DNA of 64,000 bases from an uncultured Nitrososphaeraceae archaeon. Lineage in GTDB: Archaea > Thermoproteota > Nitrososphaeria > Nitrososphaerales > Nitrososphaeraceae. Of the stretch, positions 37,043-49,486 are shown piece after piece. Each line of letters begins with the position of its first letter. Positions within the stretch are counted from its first letter, which is position 1. Below the pieces are notes generated by a model. It saw only the letters and a program-made list of their open reading frames with translations. It did no database searches and had not been told where the DNA came from. The stretch spans positions 128,001 to 192,000 of the forward strand of contig CAVZZA010000005.1 in assembly GCA_963779615.1 (NCBI GenBank), written 5' to 3'. A program made the translations under genes and the position numbers.

Positions 37043-38113
37043 CTAGCTTTCCCCAGTTTTAATCCTAGGATCAAAATATGTAAAACAAACGTCCAAAACT
37101 AAACGAGTCAATAAATAAATCAGTGTGAAAAAATAGCCAAGACCGATAATCAACGGAGAGTCATTTTGGATTATGGCGTTATAAAACAGGTTTCCCATTC
37201 CAGGCCAATCAAAAATCTGCTCAACCAAGATAGAACCCCCTAATGACGCGGTAATGCCCAATCCAATAATCGTCGCCAGCTGTGGTCCGGCATTCTTCAG
37301 GGCGTGTTTATACAAAATGCTTCTTTGGGGAATTCCCATGATCTTTAGTGTTTTTATGAAATCTTCATCAAGGATTCTCAATATTATATATTTAACATAA
37401 TAAACAAAAGATGCAAAACCGATAATTACAATAGTTATGAAAGGCAACGCCATATGATAGAGCAAATCAACAAAATATCCAGGCTCATTTGGGGGGATTA
37501 GAGGAGTTGCCCTGGGAGGAAATATGTGCAAAAAGAATGAAAAAACCACAATCATTATCATTGAAAACCACCATTGAGGAACACTTTGGCTGATGGACGC
37601 CAAACCCGAAATAGATTTATCCATTAGTTTACCCTCTTTGGATGCCAAATAAGAACCAAAAAACAGTCCAATGAGCACAATTGTGATTGATGATGAGGTA
37701 AACAATAGAACGGTGTTTGGCATTTTCTCCAAAATCAAATCATTAACTTTGTCTGATCCAAAATACGTGGTAGAAAATCTGGAGTTACCCAAATCCAAAA
37801 ATATTATTTTAACAACGCTATTGAAAAGTTTTTTTGGAGAATACCACGGCTCATCCAAACCCAGGCTTTGGCTTTGAAGCTTGATTTGCTGCTCTACAAA
37901 TTTCTGTCTTTCATCAAAATTCTTAAATTGCTGAAATTTCGGGTTTTCAGCAGAAACACTGGAAATTGAATTAATTACCTGCAATCTGACCGAGTCCATC
38001 ATTATTTTGTCAATGGTGGAGCCCAAAAGGAATATCGTAATCAACAATGTAATTAACAACACTATGAATAAAATTATGATTTTTTTTAACAAAAATAAAA
38101 AAAATACTTTCAA
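37043..38113 (-). CDS. Peptide/nickel ABC transporter permease (DppB/OppB type)
   Basis: LYHMALP, KHALKNA, VEQIFDWPGMG, DPRIK. Confidence 0.92.
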   Translation of the reverse strand: MKVFFLFLLKKIIILFIVLLITLLITIFLLGSTIDKIMMDSVRLQVINSISSVSAENPKFQQFKNFDERQKFVEQQIKLQSQSLGLDEPWYSPKKLFNSVVKIIFLDLGNSRFSTTYFGSDKVNDLILEKMPNTVLLFTSSSITIVLIGLFFGSYLASKEGKLMDKSISGLASISQSVPQWWFSMIMIVVFSFFLHIFPPRATPLIPPNEPGYFVDLLYHMALPFITIVIIGFASFVYYVKYIILRILDEDFIKTLKIMGIPQRSILYKHALKNAGPQLATIIGLGITASLGGSILVEQIFDWPGMGNLFYNAIIQNDSPLIIGLGYFFTLIYLLTRLVLDVCFTYFDPRIKTGES

Positions 38114-38154
38114 CTTGTGCTATAAATGAATAAATCGATAAAGGTATTAATCTA

Positions 38155-40645
38155 TTACTTTTGCGGTATCGCAATCAACACATACTCATAAATGATAGGT
38201 CGTTGAGAGGTCTCTGACGTTACAAATATTTTAAGTTTGGCAGGGCCGATCGAAAGTTGTTTTGTTTTGTCAGGGTCTATTTGCAATGATATCCGGTTTG
38301 GAGTATCGCCTGCATCATTTTGCATACTAGAGTGATGTTCATCTATAGTAGAATAATTTGAGCCATTTACCAGATTGTGTATTACGACATTGTTACTCCT
38401 GTCTGAAACAAAGTAATTTACTGTTCCATTAAACTTCTTTGTCTTATCGGCATCATGTACATCATCTTTAAAAGCAATCTCGATATCAAATCTAAATGGA
38501 TCACCGATTTTAATAAATTTGGGAACGTTGATTTTGTTGATTTTTATTTGTTGGGAATTTTCAAGATTCGAAAAATACCCTTTTTTATAGGGATAGGTGT
38601 CATCGTTAAACTTTTTTAACGTAATCACACCACCGGAGGGATTAAAGGATTCCAAGTAATAGGGACCATTCCCTATTTCAGCGTTATGATGGACATCAAT
38701 CCATCGAATTGAGGATTCATACCTCTTCAAGGCATAATCCAATGTTATTAATCCTTTCAAGGGATTAGGTATAAATTTTTCCTGTTTCATTTTTTCCAAC
38801 TCTTGCTTTATCAATTCAGAGTGAGTTGGAAGAATCATAGACAATTGTTCGTTTTGCTTAATGCTGGATTCAGCTTTTGAATACGATATCTTGTTATTTG
38901 CCACAAGACGCTCTGTTGCTGCGGATATTTCCCATGGCTCGGAAGCCCAAACTGTTCCGTAAGAGGGAAGTTGTTTTTTATCATAGTGCCACATGTCTAC
39001 GTAAGATTCGAAGGTATTGTCCTCATTAAACTTGATACCTTTAATCAACGGCAAAGTCGGGAGAGTCAAGGATGAGGTACTCGGCATCATAGGTGCGATC
39101 GTTGTTTTTTGTGTCTGTAGACCATTCGTATGGAAAATAAAAAGAGTACAGCAAATCATACCTATCCATTGGAATCCCGTTATGCCATTTTGAATATAGC
39201 GGTGTCACCGTTATTTTCGTTAATGCAGTTTTGTTGCCTTCTTCATCATCACCACCACCCCATGTCTGGTTAAACGGATTCCAAACAAGAGCGTCTCCTG
39301 GGACCGGAATTTTTTTAAAGGGCCCATTTGACACAACATCTGTCCAGTTGTTTCGAAACGGCATTGGGTCTCCAGTATAAGGATTTAATAAATAGGGGCC
39401 ATCCGAGAGCAGCGAATCAACTTGCCTGCAGTAAAAATCCTTACAACCACCAACACTGTTCCAGGCCCCTTGATAGATCTGCTTTGTGCCAACATTAAGC
39501 GTATCATTACCAGAGCCATTTTTTTGGGCATTCATGAAAGATAACTCATTAGCAATACCAGCCGAATAATCATTGATTAATCCCGTGATCCTGGATGAAG
39601 AGATGTATGGATCATGGGACCTTGCAAAAAAAAGCCTCACGGACTCCTGAATTCCAATTGATTCTGCCTTTTTTAACAGTTCATTTCTCTCCCCCTTTGA
39701 TGTATAGTTATTGAATATCAGGTTTTTAGTTAGGTAGTCGATTGTTGAATTGGAGTATTGCCAAAAACCAGGGTTTTGGGAGCCTGGCATATTACCAACC
39801 CATGGCGCGTACATTTGTCCCACAATGCCAGGATTATAACGTAAAAAAGAGCTTGAAATAAAAGACTCGGTATAGACATTCCAATCGAGATCTGCAGGGT
39901 TAGACCCGTAAATGACCTCGTTTGCCTTTATAAGGTCCCCATATTCTTTTATAACTGAAAAGCCGGTTTTTCCAAGTTCTGAGGCAATAAGGTCGCCGAA
40001 TGTTTTCCTTAAGAGATCATCGTTTCTTATTAGTATTTTAACAACAACAGGCTTTCCATTAAATGTCCATTTGCCATTGGCATCCAATATTCCTCCGGCT
40101 TTTTTCATTGAATCAGATATCGTTTTTGAGGCAAAATTAGGGTTATAATTAATTTTTAATGGCTCGACAACATCTACAATATTTTGATATTCGGGCGAGA
40201 ATTGCCCATATGGCTCAAAAATGGGATCGCCAAAACCTTTTAGAATATCATTGACAATGAAATTCCTATCTATTAAAAAATTAAGGGCATGCCTTATTTC
40301 ACGTATGGAAAAGGGATTAAATGTTTGACTGCTATTTGTTGGATTTATGACAATACCGTAGGACAAACCATCCTTTTCATAAATTTTTAGATTCATGCTT
40401 TTTTTTGCCTCTTCAATCAACTGCAAAGGGATTTGAAACAAATACAAATCGAGGTTGCCATTACCTACCTGCTGATAGGCAACATTCTCATTAGAATAAC
40501 GTATGAATTTTATCTCATCAAGATAACCACCAGTATCAGTGGTGGTGGTGGTGGTGGCTGTTGATGCCAATGAGTAATTATTCAGATTAACATAAGCAGA
40601 AGACAAAATAATCAAAAACAAAAAGGCAATAACAAAGATTTTCAT
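38155..40645 (-). CDS. ABC transporter substrate-binding protein (family 5, archaeal long form), split by one extra base at ~39077
   Basis: NPFSIREIRHALNFLIDR, KWHNG, IGNGPYYLES; removing one C in GAGTACCTCA joins DAEY to SSLTLPTL. Confidence 0.85.
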
Positions 40646-41203
40646 CGAACAGGTTAAAATTTAAAATCCAGTTTAATAAATCTTAAACACACTTGACCAT
40701 AAATCAAGGTGTACAATATGCATTTATTATAATTAGCACATTCTTTTTAGAACCGCAACAATAGAACAGAATAGCTTTGTTGCATGCTATGGTTTCTAAT
40801 TTTCAGACGTTTTAGGCTTATTTCTACAGGTAATCGATATTTGTGTTATAGGTCAAACGTAAGATATTGATGCAGGCTTTTTATTCCAACCCTAACTGCC
40901 TACGCACTATAAAATTTCTCAGGATAATTGTGGCTGAACACACCATGACATTCCTCAACAGGAATCTTTATGAATACCACAGAAATATTCAAACAATCCA
41001 TGAAATACAAAATCGTAAATAGAATCTTTGATAAATATCCAATTTAGTCTATAGACTAGTATCCTTTTTTACCACAATGCCACATCGCACAAGACGGTCT
41101 ATTTGCTATTTCAATAAAAAAAATAACAGTGTGGGCCAAGACAAATGACAATTAAAGATATTTATGAATTGGGTTTTTTGGTTGAGCATGTGAGTCCAGA
41201 ATG

Positions 41204-41506
41204 CTAAACAAAGCAATTCTCCGAAAAATCCACAATTTCTGGTACAGGTGCAGGATCATTAAATTGTATTTTAAAGCACGGCTTTTCTATAGTTTCACTT
41301 TCATTGACCGGTAGCAACATAGCCAGATAGTTTTCATTATCCGCAACAGGGCTTCCATCAAAAGTAAAAACAGCCTTTTTTTTATCGTCTTCCACAAGAT
41401 CCAACCGTTTTAATTGTGATTTGCCATTTTTGAGAAAAACCATTCCATAGTATGTATGTTCATCGTCATCTATGGACGGGTATGAAATTATAACTTTGAA
41501 TGTCAT
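41204..41506 (-). CDS. Hypothetical protein
   Basis: 100-aa ATG ORF with a TATA-like sequence upstream, in otherwise non-coding DNA. Confidence 0.6.
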   Translation of the reverse strand: MTFKVIISYPSIDDDEHTYYGMVFLKNGKSQLKRLDLVEDDKKKAVFTFDGSPVADNENYLAMLLPVNESETIEKPCFKIQFNDPAPVPEIVDFSENCFV

Positions 41507-42818
41507 AGTTAAGCATAATATGTATAAAGATATTTATAAATATTGTCATTTACTGGAAATAACCATTGTTATTGGACAATATCTAACTGCTAATAAATAT
41601 TTAGGATTTTCTTATTAGATTGCAACCTGAATTTATGCATGGTTACTCAACTTTTTTAAAATTTATTCAAAAAAGCGCTGAGTCATATCACAAGGCATTA
41701 TGATTTATCTTTTATTGCTCATGGATGATTGCAGCAACACCATAGTCGACGGTAAAACGGAAATAGCTTGTTCCTGCACATCCCCTGCCATTAGATACAA
41801 ATAAAAAAACCGAAAATAAGAATATGGAAAAAGAAAGGCAAAAATGCACTGTAATTGAAGTGATGTGAAACAGGTCTGTTAGTTTATAATCGCGTTAAGA
41901 GTTAAATGGAGGTCTAATCATCCAAGGGGTCAAGGACGTAAGCTTTCAAATTCCATTCAGAAATTGCATTTTTAATATTCAATGATAATTCAGGTGTTTA
42001 ACGGAATCGAAAAGCAATTAGTATATTAATACTATCTCCATATTTTTTTTTATGAATAACAATTTAAAAAGAACTCACGCATATAGCTCTAAAAGGACAG
42101 AAAGCAAGAAATACGCCAAGGTAGAAAGGAGAAAGAGAAACAAAGCAAGATATTAACTTTATTTTTACCCGATTAGGCGTGTTCTGTCCAATTAAATGGC
42201 ATTGAGAAGTTGGAAATCGCATATAGGTTTATCAGCAAATAAATCAATATTTAAAACTACTGTATCCCTTATGAATGCAAAAAATAAGCACCAATACCGA
42301 TACATTGCCTATAACAGTTTAGCGCTCATTTAGTTTTTTTAAAGTTTAATACCATACCTTTGAGTTTTGATAACCTTTTTTATGGACTAAAATATTGAGG
42401 ATATAATGAATGATTATTATTAGATCTACTACCGAAAAATAAGGTGCAGTAGCATCATGTTTGGGTGACGATAAAAATATAATGTAAAAGATATGACCTA
42501 AAATTTGACGATGTTCAAAATCTAGATGTGATGGTTTTGATGGAGAACAAAAGATTTAATATTAGAGGACCAAAGGATATTGAAGGACTCAACAAATAAC
42601 ATCCAATAGATGCAAAGAAATGCAAGCATGATGAAACTGGTTAATTTTGATAAAAACTCAATTGTAAATCCATAATTCTTTTTGTTATCAGTGGTTTTTT
42701 AAGCAAAATTATAAATAAATCCCCTTTAGTTGACAAGAATTATTAGTCGATATATTTATATAGAAGAAAAGATATATATACTTGTGAAAATGGTTTATAA
42801 GTTTTATGGTGATATTCA

Positions 42819-43733
42819 ATGGTAAAAGATATTTCTATGTTTGGGGACAAATGCCCAAGATGCGGCAAAGGGCCAATGGTTACTGATAATTCTACAGGTG
42901 AAATGTTTTGTGGCAATTGTGGTTTTGTTGTTACAGAGAGAATTGAAGAAACAGGTCCAGAATGGAGAGCATTTTCAAAAGAAGAACATGAAGACAGGAG
43001 CAGAGCTGGTGTCCCAACCTCCTTGGCAATGCATGACATGGGACTTGCCACAATCATAGGGCCTGTAGACAAAGACGCATCGGGTAAACCACTTTCAGCG
43101 TCAATGAAAAGCACTATAGAGCGTCTAAGAACATGGGACAGTAGAAGCCAGGTTCATGAACCGGTCGACAGAAACTTCAGACAAGCCTTCAGTGAGTTAG
43201 ACAGATTAAAAGACAAACTAGCCGTGGGTGATGCGGTAATTGAAAAAGCTGCTTATGTGTACAGGAAGGCTCTGGAAAAAGGCTTGGTAAGAGGTAGATC
43301 AATTTCAGCCCTGGTCGCGGCTGCATTGTATGCAGCGTGCAGAGACACAGAAACTCCCAGAACCTTAAAGGATGTGGCAAATGCAAGCAACATAAAGAAA
43401 AAGGATGTGGCACGGTGCTATAGACTCTTAATTAGAGAGCTCGATCTAAAGATGCCCGTAGTTGACCCAGTAAAGTGTGTCGCCAGAATCGCAAGTAAAG
43501 CTGGGCTTACAGAAAAAACCAAGAGGAAGGCCCTTGAAATACTGAAAAAAGCAGAGGAAGGAAAGATATCGGCAGGAAAGGACCCTATGGGGTTGGCTGC
43601 AGCTGCGTTATATGTTGCCTGCGTAATGAATGGAGAAAACAAGACACAAAAGGATGTGGCTGAGGCAGCAGGTGTAACAGAAGTGACAATAAGAAACAGG
43701 TATAAGGGTCTCAAGACACACCTAAAACTATAG
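42819..43733 (+). CDS. tfb: Transcription initiation factor IIB (TFB)
   Basis: Zinc ribbon CPRC...CGNC, GPEWRAF B-reader, cyclin repeats, GVTEVTIRNRYK. Confidence 0.97.
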   Translation: MVKDISMFGDKCPRCGKGPMVTDNSTGEMFCGNCGFVVTERIEETGPEWRAFSKEEHEDRSRAGVPTSLAMHDMGLATIIGPVDKDASGKPLSASMKSTIERLRTWDSRSQVHEPVDRNFRQAFSELDRLKDKLAVGDAVIEKAAYVYRKALEKGLVRGRSISALVAAALYAACRDTETPRTLKDVANASNIKKKDVARCYRLLIRELDLKMPVVDPVKCVARIASKAGLTEKTKRKALEILKKAEEGKISAGKDPMGLAAAALYVACVMNGENKTQKDVAEAAGVTEVTIRNRYKGLKTHLKL

Positions 43734-43734
43734 T

Positions 43735-44742
43735 CTATGTAACCTCCTTTTTTATTTTTGACAGGCGTTCCAAAAATTTTCCCGAGTATTTGTAAATGAA
43801 AAGAAAGCCCACAATGATAAAAGCAACAGAAATTGGCATTAGAAAATAGTTGCTTGACTCCTCAGTCCAGGAAGAATTAAAGAAAAGAAAACCCATCAAA
43901 CCGTAAGAAAAAAGAACATAGTTAGAAATCCAGTGAAAGATAATCGCCGTGCCAAGTCCGTAGCGATAGTAAAGCCAACCTAAAAACAGCCCGCCCAAAC
44001 TTGCTTGAGTTATCTTGCCAACTTCATAATTACCGCCAAAGACGACGTGGGATAAACCAAAAAAAACTGAATTAGCAAATATAAGCAATAAAACTATGTT
44101 TTTGCCTTGGTTAGATCTGACTGATAGATTCCTGCTAGGGTGGACCAAGCAAGAAATAAATGAATTTTTAAAACTAAAAAATATCAAAGATAAGGGTATT
44201 CCCAAAAAGATAACCCGGAATAAAATTTCTTCGTTTAGTGGCGCAGTCGTCAAGTTAAAAAAAGATAAAAGAGGGTTGACCACCAGTGGACTCCCAATAC
44301 GAATTCCAAATAACTGTTGAACCAAATCTATAACAAGGGATAATAAAAAATAGCCAGAAAACCATTGTATTGCAACATAGAGGGAGTTGGATGAATTAAA
44401 GTCCAAAATTTTAAAGGCGTTTTTAGACGATTGTTCATCCTTCGAATTGTTAAATAATGGCACTGGCTTTGAGGCACAAACAATAAAAACAATCAGGTAG
44501 ACTAGCCAAAAAAAAAGAAACACTGTCCCAAGGTTGAACTGTATGCTAGATATGTTTGAAATATCCAATAGCAAAAATCGTAGCGGAACAAGGGTTTGCC
44601 AGGTAACCTCCTTTCCAACGGATGCAAAAAAAACTAGATAAACGCCAATAGCAATTGATCCTGCTATGATTAAAAAGAGAAAAAATGAAAGTGCTTTATT
44701 TAACTTATCAGCATATGTTTGTATACAAGTCTGTCGGAACAA
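43735..44742 (-). CDS. CPBP (CAAX/Abi-type) intramembrane glutamic protease
   Basis: APLNEEILFR, FFGLSH, AIIFHWISN. Confidence 0.88.
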   Translation of the reverse strand: MFRQTCIQTYADKLNKALSFFLFLIIAGSIAIGVYLVFFASVGKEVTWQTLVPLRFLLLDISNISSIQFNLGTVFLFFWLVYLIVFIVCASKPVPLFNNSKDEQSSKNAFKILDFNSSNSLYVAIQWFSGYFLLSLVIDLVQQLFGIRIGSPLVVNPLLSFFNLTTAPLNEEILFRVIFLGIPLSLIFFSFKNSFISCLVHPSRNLSVRSNQGKNIVLLLIFANSVFFGLSHVVFGGNYEVGKITQASLGGLFLGWLYYRYGLGTAIIFHWISNYVLFSYGLMGFLFFNSSWTEESSNYFLMPISVAFIIVGFLFIYKYSGKFLERLSKIKKEVT

Positions 44743-44751
44743 TTAAAATGC

Positions 44752-45060
44752 TTACATTACTTCAATAGAGTCTGTATTGAATCCTTTAACAGTCAAATAG
44801 CCTTTAACGTGATCCCTATGATCACCCTGCAATAGTATAAATCCATCTTTAGCTGTTCCACCACATGCCAACCTACTTTTTAACTCCTTAACCATGGTTT
44901 GGATATCGTTAGTTTTAGGATCCAATCCTTCAATCATAGTTGTAGTTTTGGAAAATCTGCGTGTTTCTAGTCTGACAACAATACGGGTTTCTTCTTTATC
45001 TAACTCTCCACAGGCACACAAATCATCCGGAAGGCCACATTTTTTGCATATTACAGCCAT
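44752..45060 (-). CDS. Translation initiation factor aIF-1 (SUI1/YciH family)
   Basis: CKKCGLP..LCAC, KELKSRLACGGT, ILLQGDHR. Confidence 0.95.
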   Translation of the reverse strand: MAVICKKCGLPDDLCACGELDKEETRIVVRLETRRFSKTTTMIEGLDPKTNDIQTMVKELKSRLACGGTAKDGFILLQGDHRDHVKGYLTVKGFNTDSIEVM

Positions 45061-45287
45061 CTGTATTTACCATAATTACCAAAATCCTATTATTAAGCCT
45101 TCCTTAACAATGTAAATAGCAGCCTGCCATGGTCCACCAACTGTGGTGTGTTTGGAACTATTTTGTGACACGATAAAGCACAATCTTGCTTTTTCCTTAA
45201 ATAAATTAATATCAAAACTAGAGAAAAGTCTTTTAAAAATTTTTAAACGACTGACCGCTTGTCAAACAACAGTATTTATAAAAAGAG

Positions 45288-46625
45288 TTGCTAAAAACTT
45301 TATCGGGTTGTGATATGTCCCCATCTATTTTTAGCCTCAAGTTTCCATTCGTTTTGACAAAGGACCAGGAAGACGCAATATCAGCCTGGATAGACAATAA
45401 CTACAGGGGATCAATCATTTACTCTACCGGAACGGGAAAAACAGAGATAGCCTTTGAGTGTGCAAAAAGGGCTGCAGCTAACAAGCATCTCCAATTTGAG
45501 AAAAAAGGTAAAACTCCAATGGAATTTAAAATTTTGTTTTTAGTCCCCAGGATTATATTAATAGAGCAGAACACAAACAGGCTAATCAGGTACAACATCA
45601 ACAAAGAGTCAATTGGAGTGTATTTTGGAGAAGAAAAGAATGAGCGCGAAATAACCATTTCCACCTATCAAAGCGTTAGTAACAACCATTTTTTAATCAA
45701 GAATTCAGACATGGTCATTCTTGACGAAGTTCATTTTATGAGTAACACGGCATTTTCATACACAAAACTATTTAAAATAATCAAAGAGGATCCAAACAAA
45801 ATGATTTTAGGGCTAACAGCAACAATCAATGAGCTTGATCCCAAATATCATGAAATCATCGACACCATCCCCCCCGTAAAAAAATACATGATTAAAGAGG
45901 CGGTTGAAGACAAGAGACTGGCAAAACCTGAAATAATATCAATGGAGGTATCACTCACAGGCCAGGAAAAAGACATTTACAATAAAACAAGTGAAATAAT
46001 CAGGAATGTTTCCTATAAAATGAACGCTTATGACCCTGGCATAATCTCAAAAATCCTTTACCAAGGCGGGGCAAGGTCAAAATATGCCAAAGAATGGTTC
46101 AACCAGGTAAAAATCAGAAAAGAATTGCTAAATTCCTCACAGAATAAGTTGGAAAAGGCCGTTCATCTCATACAGAGCCACAATAACGAAAAAATAATGG
46201 TGTTTAGCGAAACAATTGATTCCATTAATAGGCTAAAGACCCTATTGGAGAAAAAGAGCATTACTTCTGAAATAATCCATTCCAAAATAAGGATAAAAGA
46301 CAGGAAGACAATACTGGAAAGATGGGGTGAAGACTTTTTCCCCCTGCTTTCAGTCCACACACTGGAGATAGGGTATGACATTCCTCATGTAAAGATAGCC
46401 ATTATTCTGTCAAACACATCAAACATCAACCAAATCGTACAGAGAATTGGCAGAGTGATCAGGAAAACAGAAAACAAGGAAAAAGCGCTGATATACTTGA
46501 TATATGCAAAGGAAACAAGGGATAACAACATTGTGAGAATGGTGGACAAAGCGGTAGGAAAAAAAAGTGACAGAACCTACAAAAAAACAACCAGACAAAC
46601 CAGAATTACCGATAAATTCAAATAG
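45288..46625 (+). CDS. SF2 helicase, XPB/Rad25-like
   Basis: STGTGKT, ILDEVH, GLTAT, IGYDIP, QRIGRVIR. Confidence 0.85.
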   Translation: MLKTLSGCDMSPSIFSLKFPFVLTKDQEDAISAWIDNNYRGSIIYSTGTGKTEIAFECAKRAAANKHLQFEKKGKTPMEFKILFLVPRIILIEQNTNRLIRYNINKESIGVYFGEEKNEREITISTYQSVSNNHFLIKNSDMVILDEVHFMSNTAFSYTKLFKIIKEDPNKMILGLTATINELDPKYHEIIDTIPPVKKYMIKEAVEDKRLAKPEIISMEVSLTGQEKDIYNKTSEIIRNVSYKMNAYDPGIISKILYQGGARSKYAKEWFNQVKIRKELLNSSQNKLEKAVHLIQSHNNEKIMVFSETIDSINRLKTLLEKKSITSEIIHSKIRIKDRKTILERWGEDFFPLLSVHTLEIGYDIPHVKIAIILSNTSNINQIVQRIGRVIRKTENKEKALIYLIYAKETRDNNIVRMVDKAVGKKSDRTYKKTTRQTRITDKFK

Positions 46626-46695
46626 TTTTTAAGAGTGTAAACAAAAACTAAAGTAAGTATATATATATATTTTCTATTGATATTATGAATAAACC

Positions 46696-47835
46696 ATGAC
46701 TTTAAAAAACATTACTGTGTTGGGGTCTGGGATAATGGGTCATGGTATTGCACAAATCTCTGCTATGTCGGGCTATAACGTAATTTTGAGGGACATAGAG
46801 AAACAATTTTTGGACAAGGCCATGGAAAAAATAAAATGGTCATTACAGAAACTATCAGAGAAAAACAAAATTACAAAGGATCAGGTTGATGAATTCTATG
46901 GGAACATAACCCCGGTAATAGACCTTAAGGAAGCCATCAAACATGCTGACCTGATAATTGAGGCTGTCCCTGAGGACTACAACCTCAAAAAAAAAGTGTA
47001 CAGGGAACTTGACGAAGTATCTGACAATAGAGTGATATACGCATCCAATACAAGCACTCTACCCATTACCGAACTGAGCAAACTGACTAAAAACCCGAAT
47101 AAGTTTATTGGAGTCCATTTTTTCAACCCACCCCAACTTATGAAATTAGTTGAGGTAATACCAGGTGTAGAGACAGACCCCACGATAACAGACGAAATAA
47201 CAGATTATGTAAAAAAAATCGGAAAAACACCAATTCTATGCAAAAAAGATGTGGTTGGATTCATTGTCAACAGGATTTTCATACCGCTGGTTCATGAGGC
47301 TGCTTATTGCATGGACAGGGACAATGCTTCAATGTCAGAAATAGATTCCGCTGTAAAATACAAAATGGATTTTCCCATGGGGATATTTGAGTTAGCAGAC
47401 TACACGGGTATAGATGTGATCCATAAAGCGACGCATGAAATGAGCGTGCGGGATAAAAAAGTGATACTGCCCCACCCAAGAATAAAGGAACTTTATGAAT
47501 CAAAGCATTTTGGCCAAAAATCAGGTAAAGGCTTTTACGACTACAAGGGAGACAATTACGAAAGAATAAGCCTTTCCGAGGAAAAAGCATCAAAGTATGA
47601 CCCGGTTTCAATTTTAGGCGTTGCAGCAAACAATGCCGCGTGGTTAATCTCAAACCAGGTTTGCAGTAAAGAAGACTTGGAAAACGCTTTAAGGCTAGGG
47701 ATGGGGATGAAAACGGGCATCTTTAAGCTGATTGAAAATTTCGGAGCCCAGAAAATAACAGACAAGCTAAAGAACCTTGAGGAAAATTATGGGGAATTTT
47801 ATCATCCTGAGGAGTATCTTTTGTCCATAAGGTAA
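46696..47835 (+). CDS. 3-hydroxyacyl-CoA (3-hydroxybutyryl-CoA) dehydrogenase, plausibly of the HP/HB carbon-fixation cycle
   Basis: VLGSGIMGHGIA, IEAVPE, ASNTSTL, HFFNPP, GFIVNR, GQKSGKGFY. Confidence 0.9.
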   Translation: MTLKNITVLGSGIMGHGIAQISAMSGYNVILRDIEKQFLDKAMEKIKWSLQKLSEKNKITKDQVDEFYGNITPVIDLKEAIKHADLIIEAVPEDYNLKKKVYRELDEVSDNRVIYASNTSTLPITELSKLTKNPNKFIGVHFFNPPQLMKLVEVIPGVETDPTITDEITDYVKKIGKTPILCKKDVVGFIVNRIFIPLVHEAAYCMDRDNASMSEIDSAVKYKMDFPMGIFELADYTGIDVIHKATHEMSVRDKKVILPHPRIKELYESKHFGQKSGKGFYDYKGDNYERISLSEEKASKYDPVSILGVAANNAAWLISNQVCSKEDLENALRLGMGMKTGIFKLIENFGAQKITDKLKNLEENYGEFYHPEEYLLSIR

Positions 47836-48028
47836 TACCCCTTTATGGAAAAAAGATGATTATTTCCAACTATTACAAATACCTAGCAATTTATGCCCAG
47901 AACACGTTCTTCGTTTATCCATAGCGAGACACATTGTCATAAAAGGCTTAAATTCCCAATCAGGTTTTCAGTTTATTTATCGAAAAACAAATAAAAAAAT
48001 TTACAATTGTTCAAAATCACAGGTTTCA

Positions 48029-48547
48029 TCACATGGACTGAAGTTTATTGACTATATAATCAACAGCGTGACTTGGAGAGTTGGATGTTTCTATCAGGAT
48101 TCGTTTTCTTTCATCCAGAAACCTTCCGCCATACACATCCGAAATACCGCCGCTTTTTTCGATTGAAACCATTATCTTTCTGGCCATGTATCCCACGCAT
48201 AACTCTATCAATGTGCCTACTCCCCCACCCACCGATATTATACCATCTGATGAATAGGATATTATAAAATCGCGGGAGTCGCCAATTCCTGTGCAAATAA
48301 CTATATCACAAAATGCATTAGCTTTAGAATAATCATCCTGCGGAACAATCCCAACTGTTAACCCACCGTTATCCTTAGCACCCTTCGAAGCATATTCCAT
48401 TACACCCCCAAGGCCACCGCAAATCAAAACAGCATTTCTTTTGGCTATCTCCCTTCCCACATCATATGCAATGTCCATAGTTTTTGAGTGCAAAGGCAAA
48501 GAATCGTCGTGATTATTACCTATGACACCTATCTGAATTTTTTTCAA
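48029..48547 (-). CDS. TIGR00725 / LOG-like Rossmann-fold protein
   Basis: LICGGLGGVME..SKGA, GLTVGIVP, GGGVGTLIE. Confidence 0.88.
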   Translation of the reverse strand: MKKIQIGVIGNNHDDSLPLHSKTMDIAYDVGREIAKRNAVLICGGLGGVMEYASKGAKDNGGLTVGIVPQDDYSKANAFCDIVICTGIGDSRDFIISYSSDGIISVGGGVGTLIELCVGYMARKIMVSIEKSGGISDVYGGRFLDERKRILIETSNSPSHAVDYIVNKLQSM

Positions 48548-49486
48548 ATTATGCGTTGTAGTATACCGTGTTCTATATTATTTCTATTCTGTTCATGCCC
48601 CCGCCATGTGTCTAAAGCAGGATGCACAGGCAATTTCATTACAATCCACCTTTTATCGTATTTTGAGATTGGTTACGGATATCCACATCCTCCGCCAAAC
48701 ATCCTTTCCGATAACAAAAAGGGTTCGAAGGATTACTTTCAGGTCTTTTAAGTCAAAGACATCTAGCCATTTGGAAAACTATGGTACCAATGAGGAAGTC
48801 AAAGAAATAAGCATTGATGAAATAGGTAATAGTCCTTAAATCCCCCCGACATAACAGATTGTGATCATTTGAGGTGAACCGCTTTTACAACAGGATAGCG
48901 ATTTCACAATACGGTACAGAGTGGATGGATTTTATGAAAAACCTGATGATAGTGTTATCTTGTGTCATGTTTTAACTATAACACGATATACAAGTTTTTT
49001 GGCCCTTATCCTCATGTTTTCCACTTTCCTATCCTGTAACCATTTTTCCATACAGAGACAATGAGAGGCACACACATGACCTTTCTTTGAAATTTGTTGT
49101 GCATTGTTACTGATTCAACAAATCAACAACTAAATTTCATTTTCTTTTTTTTTGTTTAAAAACCAATTGGGCCCGTTGATATTTCTCATGCGGGTTAGTT
49201 CAATAATTGTGACTGGGCGGTTTTCCATTCCTTATATCTAGTCATAATTTCATTCCCCTACCCATTTTTATACTATGCATAGCATATCCATCACATGAAT
49301 AACGCTATCTTTGTTGAAAAGCACGAGTTATCAAGTTGCTCGGTGTTTTACAACCATCAATCTTTTGGTGAGAACCATAAACTGATTGTTCGACCCAAAA
49401 AACAATCATCCAACGTATCCGCCACATGCAACATCCTTACCAACATCACCGCGTTAACGCATCGGGTTTGAAAGGTGGAAATCAGC

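Noticed and set aside
48488-48839. Overlapping short ORFs upstream of the TIGR00725 gene
   Set aside because: No recognisable motif; cannot distinguish a gene relic from chance ORFs
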